From Eledone cirrhosa (taxonomy: Eukaryota): a stretch of DNA of 64,000 nucleotides. The stretch lies in NCBI GenBank assembly GCA_964016885.1, contig OZ024761.1:25234001-25298000 (forward strand), read 5' to 3'. Positions 43,961 through 57,538 of this stretch are shown here, piece after piece. Every line of letters starts with the position of its first letter. The first letter of the stretch is position 1. Below the pieces are notes generated by a model, which worked only from the letters and a program-made list of their open reading frames with translations, did not search any database and had not been told where the DNA came from. A program made the position numbers and the translations under genes.

Positions 43961-44915
43961 CTGCGAGATATTTCATCGAAAATGAAACGAATCACGAAAT
44001 GTCTTCCGATCAATCTTCCACTGTTTGTCTGTCTTTCTGTTTTATCTGTTCGTCTGTATGTATTAACCCGTAACGCCAGGGAGTCATAAGGGCGCTATAT
44101 TGACATACGGCGTTACTAGGGTCTAAGTTTAAACTGAGGAACCTCCCACCTCTCCAGGTCATGTTACAGCACATTTCTTCCATAGAAGGATAGAGAGCGA
44201 GAGAATAGAAGTGAATTAGAGATATAGAGAAAAACCGACCTCTGTACTAGACTGGTACTTTTTTTATCGACCTCGAATAGAACTCAGTGGATAGAGACAC
44301 GAAACAAATACCACAAAGCATTCTATCCAACATTCTAATGAGTGCCAATTCGACGCCTGATTTTAGAAGAAACGTCAATGAATTTTATTCTAAACACAAT
44401 TTAACTCTTGATTCCAAACTGCCTGAAACTGCCATGGCGCCTCGATAAATAAAATAATCTGCTGGTTTTAAGCTGTCTATAATTATCTAAACATCAACCG
44501 TCGGAGGTTTACATGATACCGCTTGTTGAGTTATGTTATAAATACCACTTTACGCATTTTGATAAGAAAACGACTTAAAATGCCCCTGGTTGTACGATAG
44601 AAAATATTCATTTTAAAGCGTTTATAATTATCTAAAAACATCCGTTATAATTTGATATTAGATCCTCTGTTAAGTGATATAACAACACTTAACATTTTTT
44701 ATACCAAAATTGATTAAAACGGTTCTGTAATACACAACTATTTGCTTGAAACTTTTTATATTCATCTAAAATTTTCCCATCCTAATTTATTATAAGAAAC
44801 GTAGTTATTGCGTAGTTTAAACATTCGATAGAAAACCGCACCAACATTATTATAGAAGACTCTTTTAACGTATTTATATTTATCATCAAACATCCAATCT
44901 TATCTTTATCTGAGA

Positions 44916-45115
44916 NNNNNNNNNNNNNNNNNNNNNNNNNNNNNNNNNNNNNNNNNNNNNNNNNNNNNNNNNNNNNNNNNNNNNNNNNNNNNNNNNNNNN
45001 NNNNNNNNNNNNNNNNNNNNNNNNNNNNNNNNNNNNNNNNNNNNNNNNNNNNNNNNNNNNNNNNNNNNNNNNNNNNNNNNNNNNNNNNNNNNNNNNNNNN
45101 NNNNNNNNNNNNNNN
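44916..45115. other. Assembly gap (200 N)
   Basis: Exactly 200 N; the round size suggests a scaffolding placeholder, so adjacency across it is uncertain. Confidence 0.99.
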
Positions 45116-45301
45116 AAAATTTCACTTTTATATTATAGACAATGGCAATTGACTGAGAATATATATCTATTATGTATATATAGAGATGGATTTATAAACA
45201 CATATATACACACACACACATATATATATCTATTTATATATACACATATACATACATACTTAGATACATATAGATACATATACTTACATACATACTTATA
45301 A

Positions 45302-45336
<35 letters not shown>

Positions 45337-45563
45337 GATAGATTTATAAACACACACACATATATAGATAGATTTATAAACACACACACATATATATATT
45401 TATATATATATATATTTATAAACACACACACACATTATATATATATATATATATATATAAACAAATACATATACCTATATATATAAACAAATACATATAC
45501 CTATAAGCATGTATGCATGATCCTTTTTTCTACGAAATGAGAGTTAATTAAACTATTGAAATG

Positions 45564-45615
<52 letters not shown>

Positions 45616-46761
45616 CATATATATAGTCTAACACCTGTCGTAGAGCAACCCTTTGTTTAAGTAGTTTCCCAACACAAACATTGAACAAAACTGAGATCCA
45701 ACTAATTATTACTGAATTTTGAATATAAGTCTTCGAATTCAAAGTAAAATTTCTGTAATATAATACAATATATATTGTGAGTTTTCTGAGAACTTGCAAC
45801 ATCTTTTCGGAATTCATATGATTGCTGTGTGGTCTGTAGTTATGTATACGTGTGTGTGTGCGTGTGTGTGAGAGTGTGAGAGTATGCGTGTGCGTGTGCG
45901 TGCGTGTGCGCGTGTGCGTGCGTGTATATATATATATACAGAGAGATACATACATATATATATATATATACACACACAGAGATACCTACATATATATACA
46001 CACACACACACACACCTACATATATATATATATACACAGATACCTACATATATAAATATATACATACACACACACACACAGATACCTACCTATATATATA
46101 TACACATACACACATACCTACATATAGATATATATATATATATATATATACAGACATTTACATATATACATACGTGTGTGTGAGGATGTTTGTATGCACG
46201 CATGTATGTGTGTATATATATATAGATGTGTGTATGTGTGTGTGTGCGTGCATGTGGATGTTTGTATGCAGGTATGTGTGTGTATATATGTGTATATATG
46301 TATATATATATGTGTGTGTGTGTGAGTGTATATGTTATTGAAGAAATTTATGACAGACCTATGATTAATTCTCTACTCCAACCCATTCAGTAGAGCAATT
46401 TCAAATCTTTAATAATTACAATTGTTATATATAATATATAATTCATATGATTTAATTTCCTTTGTTTCTTACTAGATACCAGCTTATATAATATTCATTC
46501 TCTCTCTATCACACACACACATACGGATGGATGGACACACACACATATATATATATATATTTATTTATTTTGATATATCTATAATGTATATATCCACTTA
46601 AATATATAGGCACATACATAACCACAACCATATATGTGTTTATATACATATATACATATATATAGGAAAATGTTTAACCCCCGACGGGAAGATCTCAAGC
46701 CGTTTCGACGTCTATTTCAGGTGCGTTATGGTCCATCTGGTTCCTTACCACACCTCCTTCG

Positions 46762-46811
<50 letters not shown>

Positions 46812-47203
46812 AAAGATTCAGGACCCCGACGCCTGGGCGCTAGCTCTTTCGGCAGCTAGATCCCAACTGTAGAAACGAACGCATCTCAGCCGACGGGGTC
46901 CTGACTCTTTTCCTATTACCCACTCTACAACCCTAAGTATTGAGTACTCTGGTGTGTTTTGTAAAACCTGGTGTCTTACCACTTCTTCTTTGTTATATAT
47001 ATATATTAATTACAAAGAGTCGTGCCCCGACACTAACTAATATAGTCAAACTCTACTATCCTAGTATTATCGATTCCTTCGATGAAGAAGGATCTACCTT
47101 GTATAATACTGGTCTAATTCTGATTATATATATATATATATATATATATAGTGAAATAAAATAACAAGGACGATTGGTTACTCCTTCATTACGTGTATTG
47201 GTT

Positions 47204-47289
47204 GGTGACGCACGTTTCGCCACTGATCAGCTCAAGGTTTGAATATGTATCGATGTATACCGACTCTGTAATCTACGGATCGTCAGACC
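47204..47289 (-). ncRNA. Hammerhead-like motif, family D (long stem II)
   Basis: Minus strand GGT-CTGACGA-(T)CCGTAGAT...ATCAGTGGC-GAAA-CGTGCG-TC-ACC. NUH = GUC; stem I is only 3 bp and the stem II closing pair is mismatched. Lies between (TA)n tracts. Confidence 0.55.
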
Positions 47290-47370
47290 CCTTCACTGAA
47301 GTGAACCTAAACATCGAGTGCTCACCCCGTTGAACCTACAGTAACTCCAAGTTACACTCCCTGGATGGAT

Positions 47371-47413
<43 letters not shown>

Positions 47414-47971
47414 GTATATATATACGATGTACACATCTGGTTATTTTTTCAATTCCAATTGAGTTCTACCACGTGGCTTTAATTCTTTTCAGAATTCATT
47501 GACCTGTGCATGTATTGTTTTTTGGCGGTAATCCCCTTCCTCCTTTTTTGAGACAGTGTGAGATTTTCTTTAGAACTGCTGGGCTAACAACCTAGCAGCT
47601 ACCTCAAGCACTGATGGTGATTATCGCTAAATATTGATGTTGATTTGGTTAGCAATATTAATATTATTGGGCACCCACTGAAGAATTATAAGAGCCCACT
47701 TGAATAAGGATCAGTTGATACTATACAAGCTTCTACATAAATTGGTATAATTTCACTCAAATTGTAGAAATCTTATAATGAAACGAGACGTCCGTCTGGG
47801 GAGGAATATATTTGATATATCTCACATGAAATGATATAGCCAATTTTCCACACAATACAATTAGTTACCATCCCGAACGTTTAATTAGGAATATACTCAC
47901 TTATTTCCTAATGTTTGTTGAGTGAGTTGGGATTTGGCCGGAGTATCGCTATTAGCTTTCTCCGATTAAGC

Positions 47972-48036
<65 letters not shown>

Positions 48037-49019
48037 TAATACAATAACAGAGATAGCTTAAAGCTAAAGCCTGACTGGTAACCATCTCACTCAACAAACA
48101 TTAGGTTATATGTTAGTATAAATCCAATTTAAGTGTTTGGGGTGCTAACTATATGTATTATGTGGAAAGCCAGTTGTATTATTTTATGAGATATAATTAA
48201 AGTAAAATATATCTCTCTTTCGTGTGTGTATGCCTTTCACGTGATTTTGGGCTAATTTTTGTCCGGCGACCATCCTCATTGGCTAGGTTGTAAAGGACAT
48301 TTTTGTCTCCTCTTCTCCAATCGTTCATCCATTCATTCCATCGTCAGAATATTTTCCTGATGTCGTAGACATTTTGAGGACCTGCGTGTTGTGTTCGCAA
48401 ATCCAAGATTCATTATATTTTGCTCTACGCTGTTGGTATATATCCTCTAACTACAATAATAACATATCCACGAATCTCATCAATCCTACTTAGGTAGACT
48501 CCACATCATCTATTTTTCTTCTTATTCTGACATCACGCACGCAACTTAATTCTTCAACAGAGTATGTTTGAATATTTCTCTTAAAAAAACAATATCATAT
48601 TGGTATTGTTTTGAATTGTTTCCACTTTTTCTTTATTTATCACTAAAGTTACAAGTGAATCGAACACTTATAATAGATTTTCAAAATCTTCCTTCATCCG
48701 ATATATCTTAATATTCTAATATATACATCCATAAATAATTTAGAAACGGTAGAATTCAGTCTAAATATAATTATCCCTGTTTGGTGTTATTTTCATCTGC
48801 TGTAGGTCATCTACGAAAGTCCTGTCTATCACATTATGTCTTATGGAAAGCTAGTAAAGAGAAGATATTCTGCCACATTTGGTAACACCGTGGCTAGTAT
48901 ATTCGGTTTTAGTTATGCACTGCTTTCAAATATTTTCAACTTATTTTGAATTAATTGGTGGGAATATTTGATTCTTGGATTGTAATGAGAGAGTTACTCT
49001 GGATAGAGCCGCTACTTTT

Positions 49020-49205
49020 CAGAATTGATAAACCCAAGGGTAGACTCCGAGGAAGAGGTTTGGATAACTTCCTGGAACTTGACTGGTGTCGCTTGCGGAT
49101 CCAACCGGATCAGGTAGAGACGGGTACTTCTGACAGAACCTGCTGGAAAGTGTTTGAGGGCTCTTTCTTTACGACCCTTACAGAAAGAATTGAGCGAAGA
49201 AGATG
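49020..49205 (+). mobile_element. Degenerate RTE LINE 3'-terminal fragment
   Basis: KPKGRLRGR.LDNFLELDWCRLRIQPDQVE..TSDRTCW matches the RTE C-terminal G.RPRGR..W.D...DR..W pattern. Confidence 0.6.
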
Positions 49206-49207
49206 AC

Positions 49208-49398
49208 CCGCGGTGGATTGGCAGTATCGGTAGAGCGTCGGACCCCATGCTATGCAGTGTACAGTTACGGCTCTTTACGATCCGAGTTCCTATCCCGCCG
49301 AGGTTGATTTTGCCTTTCATCCTTACGGGGTCGATAAAATAAAGTACCAGTAATGCACTGGGATAATTGCTGGCCTTGTACCAAAAGTAGAAACAATT
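49208..49398 (+). mobile_element. Main-family SINE, full length
   Basis: GCGGTGGATTGGCAGTATCGGTAGAGCGTCGGAC ... CCAAAAGTAGAAACAATT. Confidence 0.92.
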
Positions 49399-50140
49399 AA
49401 ATAGTTGATGGTATTGGTGGGTGTGGTGATGGGGTCAGTTAGTTCTAGAAGAGAAAGAGGAAGAGAAATTCTTGTTGAGTTCTTGTGTAACAAACACCAA
49501 TAAGATTCGTTTTGAGATTTCCAGACGAAGACTAAACCGAGGATAAATTATAGTAACGACCATTTGCCCAGGTAACTGTCATGCAAAGAAGATAGAACCC
49601 ATAAGATGGTGTTTGCTAACACTCCATCTCTTTAACCACGTATCTATGCCTGTAGCTCTAAGCTTTTAGAATTTTTTTTTTTTAATTCTGTGTTGGAAAT
49701 CATTAATTTTTCCGTAGTTCTTTTTTGATTTTTTGTTTAGTGAGTTTGTTTATTTTCGTTCTATGCCATCCATTTTTATTTAAACCCCGTAATTGTTAAG
49801 ACTCCATTATACGTTATTTGTGTTATCAATTTAATTGTTATGTTCGTCTTTATTCATTAATATGTTTATAAAACGTTTTGAAGGTTGGAGCGTGTGGCAG
49901 GCTAACGAGAGAAGATGGCGACCGTTGTAGCTGTATTGTTTCGTTGGTGTAATTTAACGTCCTCTCTCTTAGTTTTTGTTTTTGCTTTTTATTTTTGTTC
50001 TTTCAGTGTTTTTGATTCGGAAAATTTATATAATCTCCCCCGGCTCCCAGTCTCCTGTTCTTTCTCTATTTTATATGTTTCTCGTTCTTTATCTATCTAT
50101 CCGTCTATCTACCTAACTATCTGCTTACCTAACTGTCTAC

Positions 50141-50787
50141 GAGCAGGATATTGAAACCGTCTTGCACGTAATTGTACACTGCTCGGGCGTAACCGACCAG
50201 TGGAACTACGCAGAACAACTGTTTTCACGTATGGGACAAATCCAGTTGACTGCCGAGTCCATAGTAAGGATCAAAACGCCAACTTCTTTCAAAAACGAAA
50301 GAGAGGCGGTTTTTCTCTGTATCGTGGCTCTGGTAAAAGAGATTATACGGTGGAGGAGATTGAGAGGACTGAGGACAGATGCCTTTCTCTGCGGACAACA
50401 ACTCATTCCCTTCTTTAGGTACCACTTTAGAAGGAGAATAAGAGTGGAAAAAGAGGCACTGCACCCCAGTAAATTTACTGAAAGGCGGGTGAATGTAACA
50501 AAAATGGCCCGAGTGATTGGGCCTTATCTGTATATAAACCTGTAGGTTGAAGATGAGAGCAAAAGAAGGAAGGGGGCACTTGCACAACACGCTCCTGGAG
50601 TTGAAGGTTGTTCTATCTACGGGGTATTAAACAACCCATTTGTAACGCCTCCCCCCTATTGGCGATTTCGATTGTTGAATTTGTTTGTTTAAAAATGTTT
50701 TTTTTACACGATTGTATGTAAAATCCCCGGCATATGTCCTTGTATTGTCCCCTTTTCTTGTACGCCCCTGTGGCAAATAAAGAAATA
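50141..50787 (+). mobile_element. 5'-truncated L1/Tx1-like LINE (end of zinc knuckle, ORF2 C-terminus, 3' UTR)
   Basis: EQDIETVLHVIVHC..V..W matches the ET..H....C end of the L1/Tx1 CCHC motif. The frame is open to 50545, and the 3' UTR ends GTGGCAAATAAAGAAATA before (ATCT)n. Confidence 0.75.
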
Positions 50788-51744
50788 CATCTATCTATCT
50801 ACCTACCTATATATCTACCTACCTATCTATCTATCTACCTATCTATCCACCTACCTATCTATCTACCTATCTATCCACCTACCTACCTATCTATACACCT
50901 ATCTACCTAACTATCTACCTTCTTATACCTATTCTCTATCTAACTTCTCTCCTTATATCTCTTCGTATATCAATATATTTCTACCTTTTTCTTTCTATCT
51001 CTCCTATTTCTTTCTTTACTTCCATCTCTCTCTATCTATCTATCTATCAAACTAACTCCATCTCACTTTCTCTCTATTAACAATTTCTCGCTATATACCT
51101 TTGTATCTCTCTCTCTCTCTATCTGTCTATCTATCTATCTCTCGATATTTCTTTTCTCACCCTCTTGATCACTCACTATATCTCTCTTAACATGTCACTC
51201 TTATCCAGAAGTTAATTAAAATGTTCTCAGATTTGAATATTCTTTCCTCAATCTCTCCTTTACTCCCAATTTATCACAGTCTCTCCTCTAGTCCCCATTT
51301 CTCTCTCACATTGTTTTTCACTCTCCTCCTCTTTCTTTCTCACGATTATTTTCTCTCCCTCACTATATATTCCGCTCTCGTTCTCTATCTTTCTCACACT
51401 CTCTATTTATATCTCCTCCTCCAATCTATCTCATTTACACACCCAGGGAGAACAAGAAGTTAATAAAAATGTTCTTAAGAATTGAAGATTTGTTTCAATT
51501 TTCCAATTCAGATCTTAATTCTAGTGTGACATTAGTGATGGAGTAGAAATAAATATTTTAACATGAAATGGAACGACAAAGGACAAACAAAACATCACGC
51601 AATTAATATTTGTAGCAGTAGCAAAAAAAAACAAAAAAAACAAAAAAACAAACGAATTCAAAGAATTATTTAGAGTTTAGGATTGAAAAAACCCCATCTT
51701 TTTACAGTACAAGGTATGAGGAATTACAAGGTAGAAGGACTAAT

Positions 51745-52545
51745 AATGGTTTCTGGTTTAGGCACAAGGTGAAACATTTTAGGTAAAGGGAATGTCGATT
51801 GAATCGACCCCACTTCGTTACTGTTACTTTATTTAAGGATGAAAGACAAATCTAACGTCAGTAGGATTTGAACTCGATTGAATGTCTTAATAATTGTTTC
51901 CGGTTTAAATTAAACACAAGGCCAACCATTTTGGGGGGATTTGAAGGTCGCTTAAATCGACCCCAGAGCATTGCTGGTACTTTATTTTATCAACCGCCGT
52001 AAGGATGAAAGGCAAAGCTAACCTCGGTGTAATTTGAACTGAATTGAATGTCTTAATTGTTTCTCGTTTAGGCACAAGGCCAGCAATTTTGAGGAGGAAA
52101 AAGTCGATTACATCAACCTCAGTGTATTACTGGTACTTTATTTCATAGACCCTGGTAAGGATGAAAGCAAAAGCTAATCCCAGTGGGATTTGAACTCAAT
52201 TGAATGACTTAATAATGATTTCTACTATAGGCACAAGTTCAGCAATTTGGGGGAAGCTAAAAGTCGATTAAATCGACCTCAGTGTATGACTGGTACTTTA
52301 TTCTAACGACCCCCGTAGGGATGAAAGGCAAAGCTAACCTCGGTGGCATTTGAATCCAATTGAATATCTTAATGATAATTTCTAGTTTAGACACAAGGCC
52401 AACCATTTTGAGGGAAGGGAGAGTCGATTAAATGGACACCAGTGCGTTACTGGTACTTTATTTTATTGACACCTGGACACCTGTAAAGATGAAAGGCAAA
52501 GCTAACCCCAGTGGGAATTGCACTCAGGACGTAAAGGGCCGTAAT
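51745..52545 (-). mobile_element. Tandem array of five head-truncated long-tail SINE units
   Basis: Each unit runs GG/GACACAAG..ATTTT..GTCGATT..ATCGAC..CTG(G/T)TACTTTATT..GATGAAAG..TTGAACTC, separated by TTGAAT(G/A)(T/A)CTTAAT. Confidence 0.85.
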
Positions 52546-52668
52546 GTTAGCTATGTCTGCGCCAACACTACCAGCAACACCATCTCCACCAAAGTTACCG
52601 ACATTAACATGGTAGTTCTCAGAACAATCTATAGCAATACGAAAATCAAAATAAAACCCATCGCTGAC

Positions 52669-54780
52669 CCCACCATCTACACTGCCATCAACTCCACCAC
52701 CATCTACACTGCCAACAACTCCACCACCATCTACACTGCCATCAACTCCACCACCATCTACACTGCCATCAACTCCACCACCATCTACACTGCCAACAAC
52801 TCCACCACCATCTACACTGCCATCAACTCCACCACCATCTACACTGCCATCAACTCCACCACCATCTACACTGCCATCAACTCCACCACCATCTACACTG
52901 CCATCAACTCCACCACCATCTACACTGCCATCAACTCCACCACCATCTACACTGCCATCAACTCCACCACCATCTACACTGCCAACAACTCCACTACCAT
53001 CTACACTGCATCAACTCCACCACCATCTACACTGCCAACAACTCCACTACCATCTACACTGCATCAACTCCACCACCATCTACACTGCCAACAACTCCAC
53101 TACCATCTACACTGCCATCAACTCCATCACCATTTACACTGCCATCAACTCCATCACCATTTACACTGCCATCAACTCCACCACCATCTACACTGCCATC
53201 AACTCCACCACCATCTACACTGCCAACAACTCCATCACCATCTACATTGCCATCAACCCCACCACCATCTACACTGCCAACAACTCCACCACCATCTACA
53301 CTGCCATCAACTCCACCACCATCTACACTGCCATCAACTCCACCACCATCTACACTGCCATCAACTCCACCACCATCTACACTGCCATCAACTCCACCAT
53401 CTACACTGCCATCAACTCCACCACCATCTACACTGCCAACAACTCCACTACCATCTACACTGCCATCAACTCCATCACCATTTACACTGCCATCAACTCC
53501 ATCACCATTTACACTGCCATCAACTCCACCACCATCTACACTGCCATCAACTCCACCATCATCTACACTGCCAACAACTCCATCACCATCTACATTGCCA
53601 ACAACTCCATCACCATCTACATTGCCATCAACTCCACCACCATCTACACTGCCATCAACTCCACCACCATCTACACTGCCAACAACTCCACCACCATCTA
53701 CACTGCCAACAACTCCATCACCATTTACACTGTCATCAACTCCACCACCATCTACACTGCCATCAACTCCACCACCATCTACACTGCCATCAACTCCACC
53801 ACCATCTACACTGCCATCAACTCCACCACCAACTAGACTGCCATCAACTCCACCACCATCTACACTGCCATCAACTCCACCACCATTTACACTGCCATCA
53901 ACTCCACCACCATCTACACTGCCACCACCATCACCCCACATTACCTCTGCCACCACCACAGTACTACAACCTCCACCACCACCAGCATCTATCTACACTG
54001 CCATCAACTCCACCACTATCTACACTGCCAACAACTTCACAACCATCTACACTGCCATCAACTCCACCACCAACTAGACTGCCATCAACTCCACCACCAT
54101 CTACACTGCCATCAACTCCACCACTATCTACAGTGCCAAAAACTCCACCACCATCTACACTGCCAAAAACTCCACCACCATCTACACTGCCATCAACTCC
54201 ACCACCATCTACACTGCCATCAACTCCACCACCAACTAGACTGCCATCAACTCCACCACCATCTACACTGCCATCAACTCCACCACCATCTACACTGCCA
54301 TCAACTCCACCACCATTTACACTGCCATCAACTCCACCACCATTTACACTGCCATCAACTCCACCACCATCTACACTGCCACCACCATCACCCCACATTA
54401 CCTCTGCCACCACCACCGTACTACAACCTCCACCACCACCAGCATCTATCTACACTGCCATCAACTCCACCACTATCTACACTGCCAACAACTTCACAAC
54501 CATCTACACTGCCATCAACTCCACCACCATCTACACTGCCAACAACTTCACAACCATCTACACTGCCATCAACTCCACCACCATCTAGACTGCCATCAAC
54601 TCCACCACCATCTACACTGCCACCACCATCTGCACTGCCACCACCATCACCCCACATTACCTCTGCCACCACCACAGTACTACAACCTCCACCACCAGCG
54701 CAGTACCACTGCTCCACAGTACTACAACCTCCACCACCACCAGCACAGTACCACTGCTCCACCACCACCACCACCGTGCC
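52669..54780. repeat. 24-bp minisatellite (CCACCATCTACACTGCCATCAACT) with higher-order blocks
   Basis: About 2.1 kb of tandem units. The interrupting block CCACCATCACCCCACATTACCTCTGCCACCACCAC.GTACTACAACCTCC recurs at about 53925, 54382 and 54641. Confidence 0.95.
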
Positions 54781-55756
54781 GCTGCCCCACCTCCACCACC
54801 AGTTTTTAATTACCTATCCGATATATGTGCGACCTTGTCAGCAATACAGTAATGGGAGAGGTGAAGGTCAACAGAGTGAGATGAACCAAGTTCTAAATTG
54901 TCATTACTAAACTGATACTTATGAAAGACAACAACAATGAGAAGAACAATACTACTACTACTACTACTACTACTTCTACTATTACTACTACTAATATTAC
55001 TGCTACTAATACTACTAATCAATATTGCAATGATAATGATGATAATACTTATAGTACATACATATACACACATATGTGTGTGAGTGCGTGTGTGTGTGTG
55101 TGTGTGTGTGTGTACTTGTATGTATATGCGTGTGTGTCTGAGTGTGTATATGTGCGTGTGTGCCTGTGTGTGTGTCTGTCTGAGTGTGTGCGTGTGCGTG
55201 TGCGTGTGCGTGTGCGTGTGCGTGTGCGTGTGTGTGTGTGTGTGCGCATGTATGTGTGTGTGAGAGACTAAGTGTGTTTTTAAATATAATATCAACACAA
55301 TCACAATGGACGATAAGACAAAATAACACCATCACCAACACTACCACCACAACCACCACCAACGCCACCACCAACGCCACCACCACAAACAACAACACAA
55401 ACATTACTACCAGCACCACCACTACCACATTCATTATGAATAACACAATCACCACCACCATCACAAACAATAACACAACCATTACTACCAACACTACTAC
55501 CATCAATACCACCCCCACCACCCCAATACAGTAACAACACTACCACCATCAACACCCACAGCACTACCCCCCCCCCCCCCCCCCAATACCAACTACAACC
55601 CTACCACCACCAACATCACCATCACGTACCTCAATCATAAACGATGCTGAGAAATTGCACACTGTTCGTGAGGTTAAGTCATTTCGCCTTCTTTTGTATT
55701 TTGAAATCCGAAAATATTCTCTCTTGTTCATTAACCCACCATTATGTACACACATA

Positions 55757-56020
55757 ATAAAGTACCAGTAATACACTGGGTAATTGCTGGCCTTGTGCCA
55801 AACGTAGAAACAATTATGCACACACGGGCGGTGGCTTGGCAGTATCGGTAGAAGTTCGGACGCCACGCTGTGACGTATAGAGTTACGGCCCTTGCCATTC
55901 TGAGTTCAAATCCCGCCGAGGTTAACTGGTACTTTATTTTATCCATCCTTACGGGATCGATAAAATAAAGTACCAGTAATACACTGAGTGATTCTTGGCC
56001 TTGTGTCAACAGTCGAAACT
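55757..56020 (+). mobile_element. SINE tail fragment (55757-55812) plus full SINE (55827-56020)
   Basis: Consensus match; separated and flanked by ATTATG(T/C)ACACAC repeats. Confidence 0.85.
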
Positions 56021-56037
56021 ATTATGTACACACGAAC

Positions 56038-56940
56038 CTGGCAAGTTTGCAGAGTCGTTAGAAATATGGATAGAAGGATTTGTAGCATTTCTTTCTTCTG
56101 TCTGCTCTCTGAGTTCAAATCCCGCCGAGGTCAACTTTGGCGTAGTCTTTAAAACCTCACATAGAAAGCTTTGTGGTATTCGTTACGGCTTTTCTGCTCT
56201 CTGAGTTCAAATCTCGCCGAGGTCAAATTTGGCGCAGTCTTTAAAACGTCACATCGAAAGCTTTGTGGTATTTGTTACGACGTTTCTGTTCTCTGAGTTC
56301 AAATCCCAGCAAAGTCAAGTTTGACAGAGTTTTTATAAAGCCGCGTAGTACGCCTTGTGGTATTCGTTCCGGGTCTCTGTTCTGCTTCCTCAGTTCAAAT
56401 CCCGCCGTGGTCAACTTTACCTTTGGCAAAGTCGTTAGAACTTCAGATGGAATCCTTTGCGGGATTTGTTTCATCTCTCTACTCTCTGAGTTCAAATCCC
56501 ACCAAGGTCAACCTTGCATTTGGCAGAGTCGTTAGAACGCCAGATGAAATGCTTTGCGATATTGTTTCGACCCTTTGTTCCCTAAGTTCAAATCTAGACG
56601 AGGTCAACTGTAAAAGAGGCGGTGAATTGACAGAGACGTTAGAAAATAATTTAGAATGCTTTGCGGTATTTTTTTCAGCTCTCTGAGTTCAAATCCCGCC
56701 GCAGTCAACCTTGTCTATTCGAGGTCGATAGAAAAGTACCAGTCTAGTACTGAGATTTATTCTTCCACTAGATATCTTTTTCACTTCCATTTTATCACTT
56801 CTTTTGCACCTCTCTAGAAAGAATCTGCTGAATTTAAGCCTGGACAGAAGATAGGCTCCACCATTTAAAATAAAATGCCCTAAGAGAAGCCACATGTCCA
56901 AACGCGGCCCCAAATGTTCCCTCGGGAGTGAAAGGACCAT
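56038..56940 (+). mobile_element. Array of seven tRNA-like SINE heads ending in one complete alternative-tail SINE
   Basis: B-box AGTTCAAAT at 56111, 56203, 56295, 56391, 56488, 56584 and 56685; A-box-like GGCAGAGTCGTTAGA variants upstream of each. Confidence 0.82.
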
Positions 56941-57408
56941 GCATGTGTCTATTTTCTCAATGTTTCCCCTACATGTATGCGTTCAGCATGAGAAATGTTA
57001 TATTTCCATCACAACAGATAACTATATGTATTTACGAAATTATATTTGTAGCATTTACTTCACCATAATAAATGTTTGTCCCTCCTCTCACTATCTCTCG
57101 TATGAATGTATCTATATATATAATGATTTGTGCTCTGACATAGCGATTTATACATGAATGTATGTATAGTATATTTGGCAATATACCGTCTGTTTAATTA
57201 AAAAGATTCAGAAGTCCATACGCTATCAGATTTAAAGTAGTGACTATATCAGTACTTTTTTCGGCAAAAGAAGGGAGAGAAGCTGACAGCCTGTTTCAAC
57301 CTGGTTGGCGATCCTCAGAGCCACGTACTCCCCTGCTTCGGCCGAAAATTATAGAAGCTGAATCCTTATAGATTTTCTGATTATTACTGGAATTCTATAT
57401 TTCCAAAT

Positions 57409-57471
<63 letters not shown>

Positions 57472-57507
57472 ATATTGCAGATGTTCAACGAAAGAACTTT
57501 GATAGAC

Positions 57508-57538
<31 letters not shown>

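Noticed and set aside
44063-44125. TTAA-CCC...GGG mini inverted repeat as a piggyBac-like MITE
   Set aside because: Very short, imperfect TIR and no TTAA on the right side.
52432-54588. 718-aa ORF as a mucin or His-rich protein gene
   Set aside because: It starts inside an antisense SINE and runs through a 24-bp minisatellite, switching peptide frame at single-base indels.
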